DNA of 20,000 nt from an uncultured virus (IMG/VR IMGVR_UViG_3300028638_000009) (IMGVR_UViG_3300028638_000009), one strand, 5' to 3'; shown: positions 1-8,086, counted from the first letter of the stretch. Notes: generated by a model from the sequence alone, not told the origin. Numbers and translations: made by a program.

Positions 1-328
1 TTGGTATTCCGCCCATGGCGTCGAGCTCGTCAATGGTGGCTTCCAGGTCTTTAAGATCGCAATCTGCTATGGTGTCAATAAAGTACGACAGCAGCATGGA
101 TCTGAGTTGAGATGTGGACGCTACTCCTTCGTTTTTAAGCCATGAGAACCCACATTCCAGGCAACAATGAATTATGAATTCTCCGTCTTCATTTACATCT
201 ATAGCCGCGGATTTAGGCAAGCCATTTTTCTGACCGAAGTTCGGGTCGCTGATCATTATGGGATTGATATTGTCATCCCCGCAGCGGGGACATGCGGTTC
301 CTTCTTTATGCATTAAGTGTATTGACAT
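1..328 (-). CDS. Hypothetical Zn-ribbon protein (3' end runs off the window; absent from ORF track)
   Basis: ATG at 328 with GGAGG SD at 333-337. Open frame to the window edge: MSIHLMHKEGTACPRCGDDNINP...HCCLECGFSWLKNEG..., giving a CPRC...CLEC Cys4 pattern. Confidence 0.8.
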   Translation of the reverse strand, partial: MSIHLMHKEGTACPRCGDDNINPIMISDPNFGQKNGLPKSAAIDVNEDGEFIIHCCLECGFSWLKNEGVASTSQLRSMLLSYFIDTIADCDLKDLEATIDELDAMGGIP

Positions 329-356
329 AAAACCTCCAGTTAATTAAGTTATCTTT

Positions 357-364
357 CTTATACC
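357..364 (-). promoter_or_regulatory. Putative promoter motif GGTATAAG (copy 1)
   Basis: Identical 8-mer is also intergenic at 6204-6211 and 8143-8150. Lies just past a terminator and ~29 nt upstream of a start codon. Resembles a -10 box; no -35 seen. Confidence 0.55.
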
Positions 365-369
365 AATTT

Positions 370-401
370 AAAAAATATGGGTGGAGATTTCTCTCCACCC
401 A
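370..401 (-). terminator. Intrinsic terminator downstream of nrdJ
   Basis: Stem TGGGTGGAGA/TCTCCACCCA (378-401) with 4-nt loop, followed on the minus strand by TATTTTTT. Confidence 0.8.
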
Positions 402-429
402 CCTACGTTTGCACAATTACCTTATCTAT

Positions 430-2757
430 TTATCCACATTTAGAGAATCCGCATGCCATGCATATACGACATCCTTCCGACAGGGTTAGTGTCTCCGCAC
501 ATCTTGGACACCTATTTGGGTCTGACGCGTACACTACTGGCGGCTCTAGTTGTTTGAAGATCACTTCTTCTCCATTAAATACCGGAGTCCAGGCGGGGGC
601 ATCTTTTATCTTGTATGATTGTGGCGAGATCTTTTCAGCATGTTTTACCAGCGCCTCAAGACTCTTTCCTATTGCATCCGGACAGGACAATACCCTCGTC
701 CCGTCTGGTTGTTTTCCTTGTGATTTGCCAGCTATAGTGGATAAGCATCTTATCCCCTTTAACTGGTCTATTACTTCGTTTACATCTACCCCTGACCTTA
801 GAGCCAGGGATATTAATCGTGCGGTTGCTTCGCTCTGTGAGGGACATCCACCTGATCTCCCAAGGTTGGTGAATACTTCACACGGACCGGACTCATCTGT
901 ATTAACTGTAACATACAGATTTCCGCATCCTATTTTTACCTTGTTTGTTTCTCCTACAGTTTTAGTCGGACGCTCCCGTTTTTCCGTTGGCTTTGATCCA
1001 CATGTGCATGATGCGCATCCACTTGAACATTCAATAGATGGAGATGCGTTGTTCGAAGTAGGTGCTACCGGCATAGTATGCAGTTTAGCAGGCTCTGACT
1101 TTATCTCGTTCAGAACCTGTTCATCTCTGGACCCATCCCGATACACCGTAAATCCTTTTACCCCTTCTTTCCACGCTCGGATTATTGTATTGCGAATATC
1201 TTCCCTTGTAGCAGAATTTGGGAGATTTATGGTTTTAGACACGGAATTGTCTACCTTAGATTGAACAGTGATGAGCATGCTCATATGTTCATCAGGGGTA
1301 ACCTGATCAGATGTTGGCCACACTTCTTTGCCACTGTATTTCAGGAATTTTCCCTTATTCTCCACCAATTCTTCCAGTATTTCTCGCTGTTCTGCCTCTG
1401 ATCGTGTGCGGAGAAAGTCGAGAAGGGACACGGGCATAATCTTAAGATTACCCATCTTAACGCTTTTTCTATCATATAGCGCACGGAAGTGAGGCTCTAT
1501 TCCACCCGAAGCTCCAGCCACTACACCAGTAGTTCCAGTAGGAGCTACCAATGTTAGCGTAGCATTCTTATAATCCATAGCTGCGCTGGAAGCACGGGCA
1601 TATCTGTTAAGGCTATCGAATATGTCTTTAGTGACTGCTATGGCAGCACTAGACCCATATCGTATCCCCATGGCAGACAGAGTATCAGCCAACCCCATCA
1701 CCCCCAAACCTATTTTACGACTAAGTTTGGTAGCTTTGTTTATTGCAGGAATTGGAGCTTCACTCTTATCGATAATGGAGTTTAGGAAGTCAACAGCATA
1801 CTCAACGTCAGCTTCCAGCTCTTTCCATTTTATAGTGCTCCGTAATTCCCCTTTATCCCAGAAGGGCACCACATACTTGTAAAGGTTCATGGCACCGAGG
1901 TTACATGATTCGTTTGGCAGTAAGAAAGTTTCTCCACACGGATTAGAAACTTCCAAACCTATGTTAAACTGCTCAAACAGCTTATTGTGACCTACAGTAC
2001 CGCTTCTGTTTACGGTGTCAATGAACTGCACACCCGGCTCGCCATTTCTCCAGGAGCAATCAACTATCGCATCCATTATTTCTTTTGGATTGATAGATGT
2101 TTCCTTGTCCCATCTTGGATGTGACAATCTGAAAGATGTACTTCCAGATAGATACGCTTCCATGAAGGCGTCTGTAATTGCAACACTGATGTTGAAATTA
2201 GAGACATCTCCTTCTTTCGTTTTACACCGTATAAATGACATAATATCAGGATGATCCACCCTGAGATTAGCCATGGCTGCCCCTCTGCGGGTCCCTCCCT
2301 GACGGACAGCCGCTATAATAGCGTCAAACACCTTCAAGAACGACAGTGGTCCGCTGGACACGCCCTTTGTCGTATGTACAGAACTTCCATCAGGTCTAAG
2401 ACGAGATAGGCTGACCCCAACTCCGCCGCCTTCCTTGAAGACCATAGCCATATCTCTAGCGGTGTTGAATATGCTCTCCATACTGTCTTCCAGAGGGAGC
2501 ACGAAACACGCTGCCAGAGACTTCATATGGGTTCCGGCATTCATCCAGCACGGTGAGTTCGGTACGAATTTCTTCTGACGAAGAATTTCCCTCATCCGAT
2601 CCCTTCTCGGTACTGACCAGTCTGAACATACATAGTTAGCAACGCGATTAACTATGTCTTCGAAGGAATTATCCCCCTCTTTAGCCCAGTAAGTCATGGC
2701 TACTTCATTTCCTACTGCATCCATGTCCAACGACATGATTTCCTTGATATCCATCAT
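430..2757 (-). CDS. nrdJ: Class II adenosylcobalamin-dependent ribonucleotide reductase with fused C-terminal TSCPD domain and Zn ribbon
   Basis: Motifs PNSP, ACFV, GGGVG, RQGGTRRGAAM, GEPG, NPCGE (thiyl Cys), SCNLG, APTGT, SKTIN and YRDGSRDEQVL. C-terminal SCPDAIG and CPRC...CMACGFSKCG. AAGGAG SD; the true start may be the second ATG at 2754. Confidence 0.93.
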   Translation of the reverse strand: MMDIKEIMSLDMDAVGNEVAMTYWAKEGDNSFEDIVNRVANYVCSDWSVPRRDRMREILRQKKFVPNSPCWMNAGTHMKSLAACFVLPLEDSMESIFNTARDMAMVFKEGGGVGVSLSRLRPDGSSVHTTKGVSSGPLSFLKVFDAIIAAVRQGGTRRGAAMANLRVDHPDIMSFIRCKTKEGDVSNFNISVAITDAFMEAYLSGSTSFRLSHPRWDKETSINPKEIMDAIVDCSWRNGEPGVQFIDTVNRSGTVGHNKLFEQFNIGLEVSNPCGETFLLPNESCNLGAMNLYKYVVPFWDKGELRSTIKWKELEADVEYAVDFLNSIIDKSEAPIPAINKATKLSRKIGLGVMGLADTLSAMGIRYGSSAAIAVTKDIFDSLNRYARASSAAMDYKNATLTLVAPTGTTGVVAGASGGIEPHFRALYDRKSVKMGNLKIMPVSLLDFLRTRSEAEQREILEELVENKGKFLKYSGKEVWPTSDQVTPDEHMSMLITVQSKVDNSVSKTINLPNSATREDIRNTIIRAWKEGVKGFTVYRDGSRDEQVLNEIKSEPAKLHTMPVAPTSNNASPSIECSSGCASCTCGSKPTEKRERPTKTVGETNKVKIGCGNLYVTVNTDESGPCEVFTNLGRSGGCPSQSEATARLISLALRSGVDVNEVIDQLKGIRCLSTIAGKSQGKQPDGTRVLSCPDAIGKSLEALVKHAEKISPQSYKIKDAPAWTPVFNGEEVIFKQLEPPVVYASDPNRCPRCAETLTLSEGCRICMACGFSKCG

Positions 2758-2763
2758 GTCTCC

Positions 2764-3066
2764 TTAGTCTCTTTTGTCCGTTGAAAACGCGCCCATTATA
2801 GATGACATTGCATCCGCCATCTCTTTCGTTGTTCTATCGTCTCTGACTTTCTTTTCTGACATCATTGCATCTGCGAAGTTATACGCAGTTTCTGCCATCT
2901 TCTTGGCATACGATCCGTTTTCGATCCCATCCTTAGTTATGAACTGCATAAGCTCAGGGTTAGCGTGCATGCCCATTGCGATAGCCGCGGCGAATACATC
3001 CCTTGGCATGAGAGCAATCTGCATAAATGATCCGTTAGACAACATCTTTGAAAATTCTTCCATCAT
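2764..3066 (-). CDS. Conserved small phage protein (RDxFAAxxM...AYxxADAM type)
   Basis: AAGGAG SD. PRDVFAAAIAMG...AETAYNFADAMM resembles a widespread phage hypothetical family, recognised by eye. Confidence 0.75.
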   Translation of the reverse strand: MMEEFSKMLSNGSFMQIALMPRDVFAAAIAMGMHANPELMQFITKDGIENGSYAKKMAETAYNFADAMMSEKKVRDDRTTKEMADAMSSIMGAFSTDKRD

Positions 3067-3080
3067 ACTTATTTCTCCTT

Positions 3081-3116
3081 AAAATAAAATGGACAGGTAT
3101 GATAGCATACCTGTCC
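3081..3116 (-). terminator. Hairpin/terminator between RNA ligase and the 100-aa gene
   Basis: 11-bp perfect stem GGACAGGTATG/CATACCTGTCC (3091-3116) with 4-nt loop, then ATTTTATTTT on the minus strand. Confidence 0.7.
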
Positions 3117-3140
3117 GAGGTTAGTCACTGGGTACGTTAA

Positions 3141-4349
3141 TTATTCTTCTTCGTCTTCTCCCTCGTATTTGAGGCTGAACTCAGGGTTAATGTACTTGAA
3201 CGATTTGAACATGTTTACCCTCTGATTTCCGAGTCGGCACACAAATCCTTCTGCGATTTGAGTTGGCAGCAGTCTTGACATGTGCCCCCATGGTCGGGTC
3301 TTTACCAGGGATTCTAGATCTTCCATGGATTTGCATTTTACGCCCAGATCCAATACTGGGACCATGTCCATAGGTATGTTGTGTACGAATAGCATCTTCT
3401 TTATTTCAGAAGGTGAGTACTCTACAACGTCATTTGAAGCACCTTTGCAGGTGATCTCTTTCAGATTGAACAGGTAAAATTTGTAGTCTTTCACCTTATA
3501 CTTGTTCTTCTGAATGTCAGGGCCTATGGTTTCTCCCTGGAGTACCAGATAGGTATTCGCGGGCAACTTCATGCTCTCATGCAGTCTTCGCATTATTTTA
3601 TTGGCAGAGCAGTTTTCAGCAGATTTCCACCACCATGACCCGTCATTGTGAACTTTGGTGAAGTTTCTGCTGCAGACCATGAAGGTTTCCCCCATCAACA
3701 GTTTCATCAACCAGTTATTCGGCCTGTAGATAAATGTAGTAGACGTTCCGTCAATCTTTTCTGTGAAATCAATTTCCCTGTCCACGAAGTTTGACTTCAT
3801 GCCATGTGACATGTTCTGCCATCTCTCTTCGTCAGTCTTGGATACGATGTGGGTGGGGAAATTACCCGCGCCGCGTCTACGCTGGAAGTATTTTCCAACG
3901 ATGGGAATACGGCGCAGCAATCGGATATACCACGGTGCTGGCTTGCCTGGAGTTTTAAGTCTGTTCGCTTCCTCACGTGCGGCTTCAGGATCGTATTTAG
4001 TAACCCCGATTACATCGCTGAGGTCTGTGCCAATTGCTGCATCAGTCTGGTACTGTGTAGGATCAATACCAAGTTCTTTCAGCATAGACAACGGCTTAGC
4101 CAGCCCCTGAGATATCTGCTTCATGCACTTAATTGTGCGCACACGATACTTACGTGGTTGCATGAAGTCAAACACGGCATGCTTCGGAAGTATGCTGTCG
4201 ATTTCGAAATATACACAGAGGGACCCAGGTTTGAATTCTCCCTTCTGGGCAACGCACTGCCACCCATCGATCATTACAAGCTCGATCTTGTCGGCTCCGG
4301 GTATTTCCACCACATTGTCAATCTTTCTTATTGTTGCTAGTTTTCTCAT
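3141..4349 (-). CDS. ATP-dependent RNA ligase, DRB0094/Rnl5-like, with N-terminal OB-fold
   Basis: N-terminus MRKLATIRKI...IPGADKIE...GWQCV.QKGEF...VYFEIDS. KTDEER; motif I TEKIDGTS; VCSRN; III LQGETIGPDIQKN; IIIa FYLFN; IV EGFV; V FKYIN. AAAGGAG SD. Confidence 0.9.
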   Translation of the reverse strand: MRKLATIRKIDNVVEIPGADKIELVMIDGWQCVAQKGEFKPGSLCVYFEIDSILPKHAVFDFMQPRKYRVRTIKCMKQISQGLAKPLSMLKELGIDPTQYQTDAAIGTDLSDVIGVTKYDPEAAREEANRLKTPGKPAPWYIRLLRRIPIVGKYFQRRRGAGNFPTHIVSKTDEERWQNMSHGMKSNFVDREIDFTEKIDGTSTTFIYRPNNWLMKLLMGETFMVCSRNFTKVHNDGSWWWKSAENCSANKIMRRLHESMKLPANTYLVLQGETIGPDIQKNKYKVKDYKFYLFNLKEITCKGASNDVVEYSPSEIKKMLFVHNIPMDMVPVLDLGVKCKSMEDLESLVKTRPWGHMSRLLPTQIAEGFVCRLGNQRVNMFKSFKYINPEFSLKYEGEDEEE

Positions 4350-4476
4350 ACGTCTCCTTTGTATCAGTATTTTTGTTCTTTGGGTCGGATAGAGTTATAT
4401 ATTTTGTCGTGTCATATGGATAACAGGTTAAACAGATATCCCCATCATACTCGTTACAGCATGTATTACAAATCAT
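4318..4476 (-). CDS. 52-aa Cys-rich Zn-finger-like microprotein (absent from ORF track)
   Basis: ATG overlaps the upstream stop (ATGA at 4476-4473) and has a GGAGG SD just upstream. Sequence MICNTCCNEYDGDICLTCYPYDTTKYITLSDPKNKNTDTKETYEKTSNNKKD*. Overlaps the ligase start. Confidence 0.65.
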   Translation of the reverse strand: MICNTCCNEYDGDICLTCYPYDTTKYITLSDPKNKNTDTKETYEKTSNNKKD

Positions 4477-4808
4477 ACAGCCTCCGTTAAGTCACCGACT
4501 TTTGTATCGCACTTACTGCAGAAAAGTTCAGATCCATCTCCACTTTGAATGACTTCTTCTGGGTCGTCTTCATAGGTACCCGTATCGCTTACTGGTTCTT
4601 TGCACTTAGGGCACCAGTAATAATCTGCGAGATTAACTTCTCTTGGAGCAGCCAGGGATGGCGCTCCGTGACTGTCAACCTCCTGCACTGTAAATCCAAG
4701 AGGCGGACTGTCCTTTGAGCGTATTGCTCTAGCTGCGTCTATAGCAGCGTCTATCGGAGATTTTGCGTCAATCAAGATATCCCATGTTACCAAATATTTT
4801 TTAGCCAT
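4473..4808 (-). CDS. Hypothetical phage protein with C-terminal Zn ribbon
   Basis: AAGGAG SD. YLVTWDILIDAKSPIDAA N-terminal motif and CPKC...CSKC. Overlaps neighbouring genes in operon fashion. Confidence 0.75.
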   Translation of the reverse strand: MAKKYLVTWDILIDAKSPIDAAIDAARAIRSKDSPPLGFTVQEVDSHGAPSLAAPREVNLADYYWCPKCKEPVSDTGTYEDDPEEVIQSGDGSELFCSKCDTKVGDLTEAV

Positions 4809-5862
4809 TAGCCCACTCCTTCGCTATTGCGTAAATTTTATCCATGTCTGCCCGCATCTTAATTTCGTCAGTTTCTGTGACTATAGCATCTTTTAGATCC
4901 CCATAGTGCGAGTCAAGAACTTCTATGAGTAGCTTCTTTATTGCGGCTTCATCCGGAGCATACCTCAACGAGGATGACTCATACAGTTTTGTAAGCGACG
5001 ATTCTTTTTCCTTGAAGTACTCTTCTATTTCAGAGAACTTCCAGTCTCCCCTTCGTATAGCCTTCAGCATTTCACGCCTGTCTTTACGGTCGAGTGTTAA
5101 TGTTCCATCCCGCAGTATTTCTTCAGCCTGGTCCATAAGGCGAACAACATGGTATGCAAATTTGGTGTCGTATCCGTGTATCTTGGTAGTTATCGCCCGT
5201 CTCTTCTCTTTTAATACGTTATTGAACAAGTTCGAATACCTAACAATAGCTTCAGGGGATTGGTCGGTATTTACCAAATGTGCAGCACCCTCTTCCAGTG
5301 AGGAAGTATGATGTATTCCATACTTGTCTTCAAATACTAAAAGATCATAAAGCACCGGCTCCGAATCACGCTTCTTACACTTATGTAGCTGTTGGTAGGC
5401 GTACCCTTTTAGTTTGTGCCACACACCTTTATGTAAAAATAAGTGGCGATTTTCCCGTACACGCTGCGCCACAGGACTGCAATGAAGTATGCAGTTTTCG
5501 GGAACAAACATAGAATCCAACATGTTGGGGTTATTTTCCATAACCAGATTGAAATATTTGCATACTCCGTATATGGACATATCGTATTCGCGGTTCTTGG
5601 TTGGGTCTTTTATGTGGTGCTGCTGCCACACTTCAAAGTTAGGAGGCTCTTTTCCGAACCCTCGAATATTACCAGCTAAATGGGGGAATGTCATATCTTT
5701 TGGGGGTATAGCCCATCCGTAGACATCCATGTCCGAGTAGTCTTCCGCTACTCCGTAAGCAACAGATCCCATCATTACCAGGTAATGGGTATTGTCGCGT
5801 AAAAAACTTGGAATTTCGTGGCCTTTTATTATTCCACGTTTCATTAGATCTTTTAACAGCAT
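4801..5862 (-). CDS. Pol-beta-superfamily nucleotidyltransferase (Nuc-transf/RlaP/T4 NrdC.11-like)
   Basis: GSVAYG...SDMDVYG catalytic signature; NNPNMLD; GYAYQQL; YDTKFAYHVVRL...G.L; LKAIRRG; S.L...PD. Confidence 0.85.
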   Translation of the reverse strand: MLLKDLMKRGIIKGHEIPSFLRDNTHYLVMMGSVAYGVAEDYSDMDVYGWAIPPKDMTFPHLAGNIRGFGKEPPNFEVWQQHHIKDPTKNREYDMSIYGVCKYFNLVMENNPNMLDSMFVPENCILHCSPVAQRVRENRHLFLHKGVWHKLKGYAYQQLHKCKKRDSEPVLYDLLVFEDKYGIHHTSSLEEGAAHLVNTDQSPEAIVRYSNLFNNVLKEKRRAITTKIHGYDTKFAYHVVRLMDQAEEILRDGTLTLDRKDRREMLKAIRRGDWKFSEIEEYFKEKESSLTKLYESSSLRYAPDEAAIKKLLIEVLDSHYGDLKDAIVTETDEIKMRADMDKIYAIAKEWANG

Positions 5863-5928
5863 TTAAAAGTTCCTTTCTTTTGAGCGGAAACGGCCCAAAT
5901 TTAAATCGAAATGTGTTATGTCGAGTAT

Positions 5929-6177
5929 TTACTCAAAAACATTTTCTATCGTCGCCTCGGTCCCGTATTTTAAAACTGCGCGAACAATACCGTCGTCTAC
6001 CTCTTTTCTTATCTGCTCCGCCATTCCATCTACCCACTTATCATAACGTGAGGTACTCCCCCAATGTTTTTTGCGATTCTCCCTCCTGAACATGGAGAAT
6101 ATTGAGCATTTCATGCCCCCAGGTCTGGTAAATATGAATTTGTAACGATAGTCGTTTCGTTGTTTTCTGTTCAGGAT
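5929..6177 (-). CDS. Small basic hypothetical protein, probably starting upstream of the annotated ATG at 6114
   Basis: The frame stays open upstream of 6114 (ILNRKQRNDYRYKFIFTRPGG-MKCS...). A strong AGGAG SD at 6182-6186 precedes ATC (6177) and CTG (6174). Confidence 0.55.
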   Translation of the reverse strand: MLNRKQRNDYRYKFIFTRPGGMKCSIFSMFRRENRKKHWGSTSRYDKWVDGMAEQIRKEVDDGIVRAVLKYGTEATIENVFE

Positions 6178-6203
6178 AAATCTCCTGTAGTAAAGTTAAT
6201 CAA

Positions 6204-6211
6204 CTTATACC
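6204..6211 (-). promoter_or_regulatory. Putative promoter motif GGTATAAG (copy 2)
   Basis: Immediately after a terminator T-tract and ~18 nt upstream of the AGGAG SD. Confidence 0.55.
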
Positions 6212-6212
6212 T

Positions 6213-6234
6213 AAAAAAAGGGGCCGAAGCCCCT
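6213..6234 (-). terminator. Intrinsic terminator with C(UUCG)G tetraloop
   Basis: Minus strand reads AGGGGC-TTCG-GCCCCT-TTTTTT, just after the stop of the 478-aa gene. Confidence 0.9.
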
Positions 6235-6240
6235 AGGAGT

Positions 6241-7677
6241 TTAGTTTGACCCCAGGTCAAGGAGCAATGCGCGCATTCTGTTGACAGTGTCCAACTTTCT
6301 GCGGGCCCAGTCCTTGGCCTGAGGAGTAGAATTTGGATGGCTTATGACCTTGTGATAGTAGAATTCCAGAAGTCCTATTCCGGAGCTTGTTGTGGCGACG
6401 CAGTCTTTGAACTGGATGCCGCCTGTTGATATCCTCAACTGCTCTGCAGGTTTTTCCTGTTTAGCCTTTGAATGTACGTTTGTAAATATCATATTTACTG
6501 CTGATTCTGCTGCAGAGTTCTTACTTGTGACTACTTCTGGAGGAGTTTTAACGGATTCTTTATCCGACTTCTCTTCCGACTTTTCCCTAATCTTCCTCGT
6601 ATAGGTTGAGCTGTTCTTTTTAGGGTTATAGTACTTTGTCGGTACTCCAGCCGCCTGATCTATCTTATAATGTGCTGAAGCTATGGATATGAATGATATC
6701 TTCGCTATCCTTGATACTGGAATTCCCAGATTCTTGTGAAGGTGTACTACGTAATCTGACAGGAATTTAGTGGTTGCCAGATCCTTACGCAGCCATACCA
6801 ATTTATCGGGAGTAGTTTCCAGCTTCTTCAAGAATACCTGTATTTCATCCTCGGTATATCTCTTCCCGGATTTTCCAGTGAATTCTGCATAGGGATCCGG
6901 CTCTTCCGATTCGTTATCATCATCCTGGTGTTCTTCAGCCAATCTGTCTATCACAGAATCCAGGAAGTCTGACTGAGTAGCGGGCTTGGCAGAAGATTCT
7001 GTAGTATCAGGAGTGAACAGCATGTCAAAGACTGGTTCGAGTATTTCAATAGTGGCTGCGGATGTTTTATTGTCGTTCACAAGCTCTAAAGCTGTGGTAT
7101 ACAGTGCATCATTTTTTCTAATAATGCCTGCTATTGACTCCACAGTTCTAGCCTTAGAAGCATCCAATAAAGACTTCAATGAAATGTTGGAGTAGTCTTC
7201 CGTAATTATAACTCTTGATAATGCCCACTTGTACCACAACATTAATATAGGTCTTGGTATTACGGAATACCCTAAAGTGGCTGCCTCTAGATGCATTAAA
7301 GTTTCGGCCTGTGATGGCGTGATAACTTTAATCTCGGCGCGTCTAGTAAGCTCATCACGAAGCCTATCTGCTGCTCCAGGATCTTCATCCATCCTAATAA
7401 TTAGGTCCCTTATGTCATCTTTAGATATCTGGTATCCGCTTCTGTTATAAATCCCGGAATATGTATTTTCATTAAGCTTTTTAGTCAGTTTTGACATTAA
7501 GCTATATCTGCCAATACGTGATTGGTACGATGCTGAAGACTCGCTAGAATCTAATATATCAGGGCAATCTTCATAGTTTACTTTAGACGTTAATTCCCCA
7601 CCTATTATGTGGTTACATACTAACAAGGACTCAATCTGAATTGATTCTACCAGTTTCTTGTTATTCAAGTCAAACAT
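6241..7677 (-). CDS. Hypothetical 478-aa protein with acidic linker and HTH-like segment (possible DNA-binding protein)
   Basis: GGAG SD. VVHLHKNLGIPVSRIAKISFISIASAHYKIDQA resembles a helix-turn-helix and is followed by a basic patch. The CDS is well supported; the function is inferred. Confidence 0.7.
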   Translation of the reverse strand: MFDLNNKKLVESIQIESLLVCNHIIGGELTSKVNYEDCPDILDSSESSASYQSRIGRYSLMSKLTKKLNENTYSGIYNRSGYQISKDDIRDLIIRMDEDPGAADRLRDELTRRAEIKVITPSQAETLMHLEAATLGYSVIPRPILMLWYKWALSRVIITEDYSNISLKSLLDASKARTVESIAGIIRKNDALYTTALELVNDNKTSAATIEILEPVFDMLFTPDTTESSAKPATQSDFLDSVIDRLAEEHQDDDNESEEPDPYAEFTGKSGKRYTEDEIQVFLKKLETTPDKLVWLRKDLATTKFLSDYVVHLHKNLGIPVSRIAKISFISIASAHYKIDQAAGVPTKYYNPKKNSSTYTRKIREKSEEKSDKESVKTPPEVVTSKNSAAESAVNMIFTNVHSKAKQEKPAEQLRISTGGIQFKDCVATTSSGIGLLEFYYHKVISHPNSTPQAKDWARRKLDTVNRMRALLLDLGSN

Positions 7678-7710
7678 TTTCTTTCTCCAATGAAATAATT
7701 TTTGATTTTT

Positions 7711-8086
7711 GGTCGAAAATGGGGTTAATGTGCAATGGTCTCTGAAAAAAGGTTGTACCGTTCTTGCGCCATCAAATATAGCCCAAACTAGCTCCTAGAA
7801 ATTGAGAGCGATAGGCTGAAGATGGTACAAAAATCAAAGTGATGGTGCAATTGGCCTTACGGGGAATTCGATAAGCATATATAGAGAATTTTAATAATAA
7901 AACTAAAAAACCTCTAATAAGTGAATTGAAATCCCCGTAACAACAAATGCACCGACATTTTGTACGCTGCACCAGTTTTTATTGCACTGAAATTGGCAAC
8001 TGGATTAGCTAAGAGATGTTTTAAAATCATCTCGTGGTGTACAACCTTTTTTTACCCACCGTTACACAAACGGGTAACTTCCGACC
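7711..8086. repeat. Large degenerate palindrome (nested inverted repeats sharing centre 7898/7899)
   Basis: Paired islands all have coordinate sum 15797: 7711-7715/8082-8086, 7729-7739/8058-8068, 7745-7758/8039-8052 (14/14), 7823-7829/7968-7974, 7844-7853/7944-7953 and 7857-7872/7925-7940. Confidence 0.85.

Noticed and set aside
377..1264. 295-aa plus-strand ORF
   Set aside because: Antisense shadow of nrdJ; it starts inside a terminator hairpin and has no SD or recognisable motif.
7781..7822. Resemblance to a tRNA-Phe 5' half (GCCCAAAC-TAGCTC...GAGAGCG-ATAGG-CTGAAGA)
   Set aside because: No anticodon-stem 3' strand, TTCRA T-loop or acceptor 3' strand was found, so no cloverleaf forms. Treated as chance or as part of the local hairpin; tRNAscan-SE or ARAGORN would settle it.
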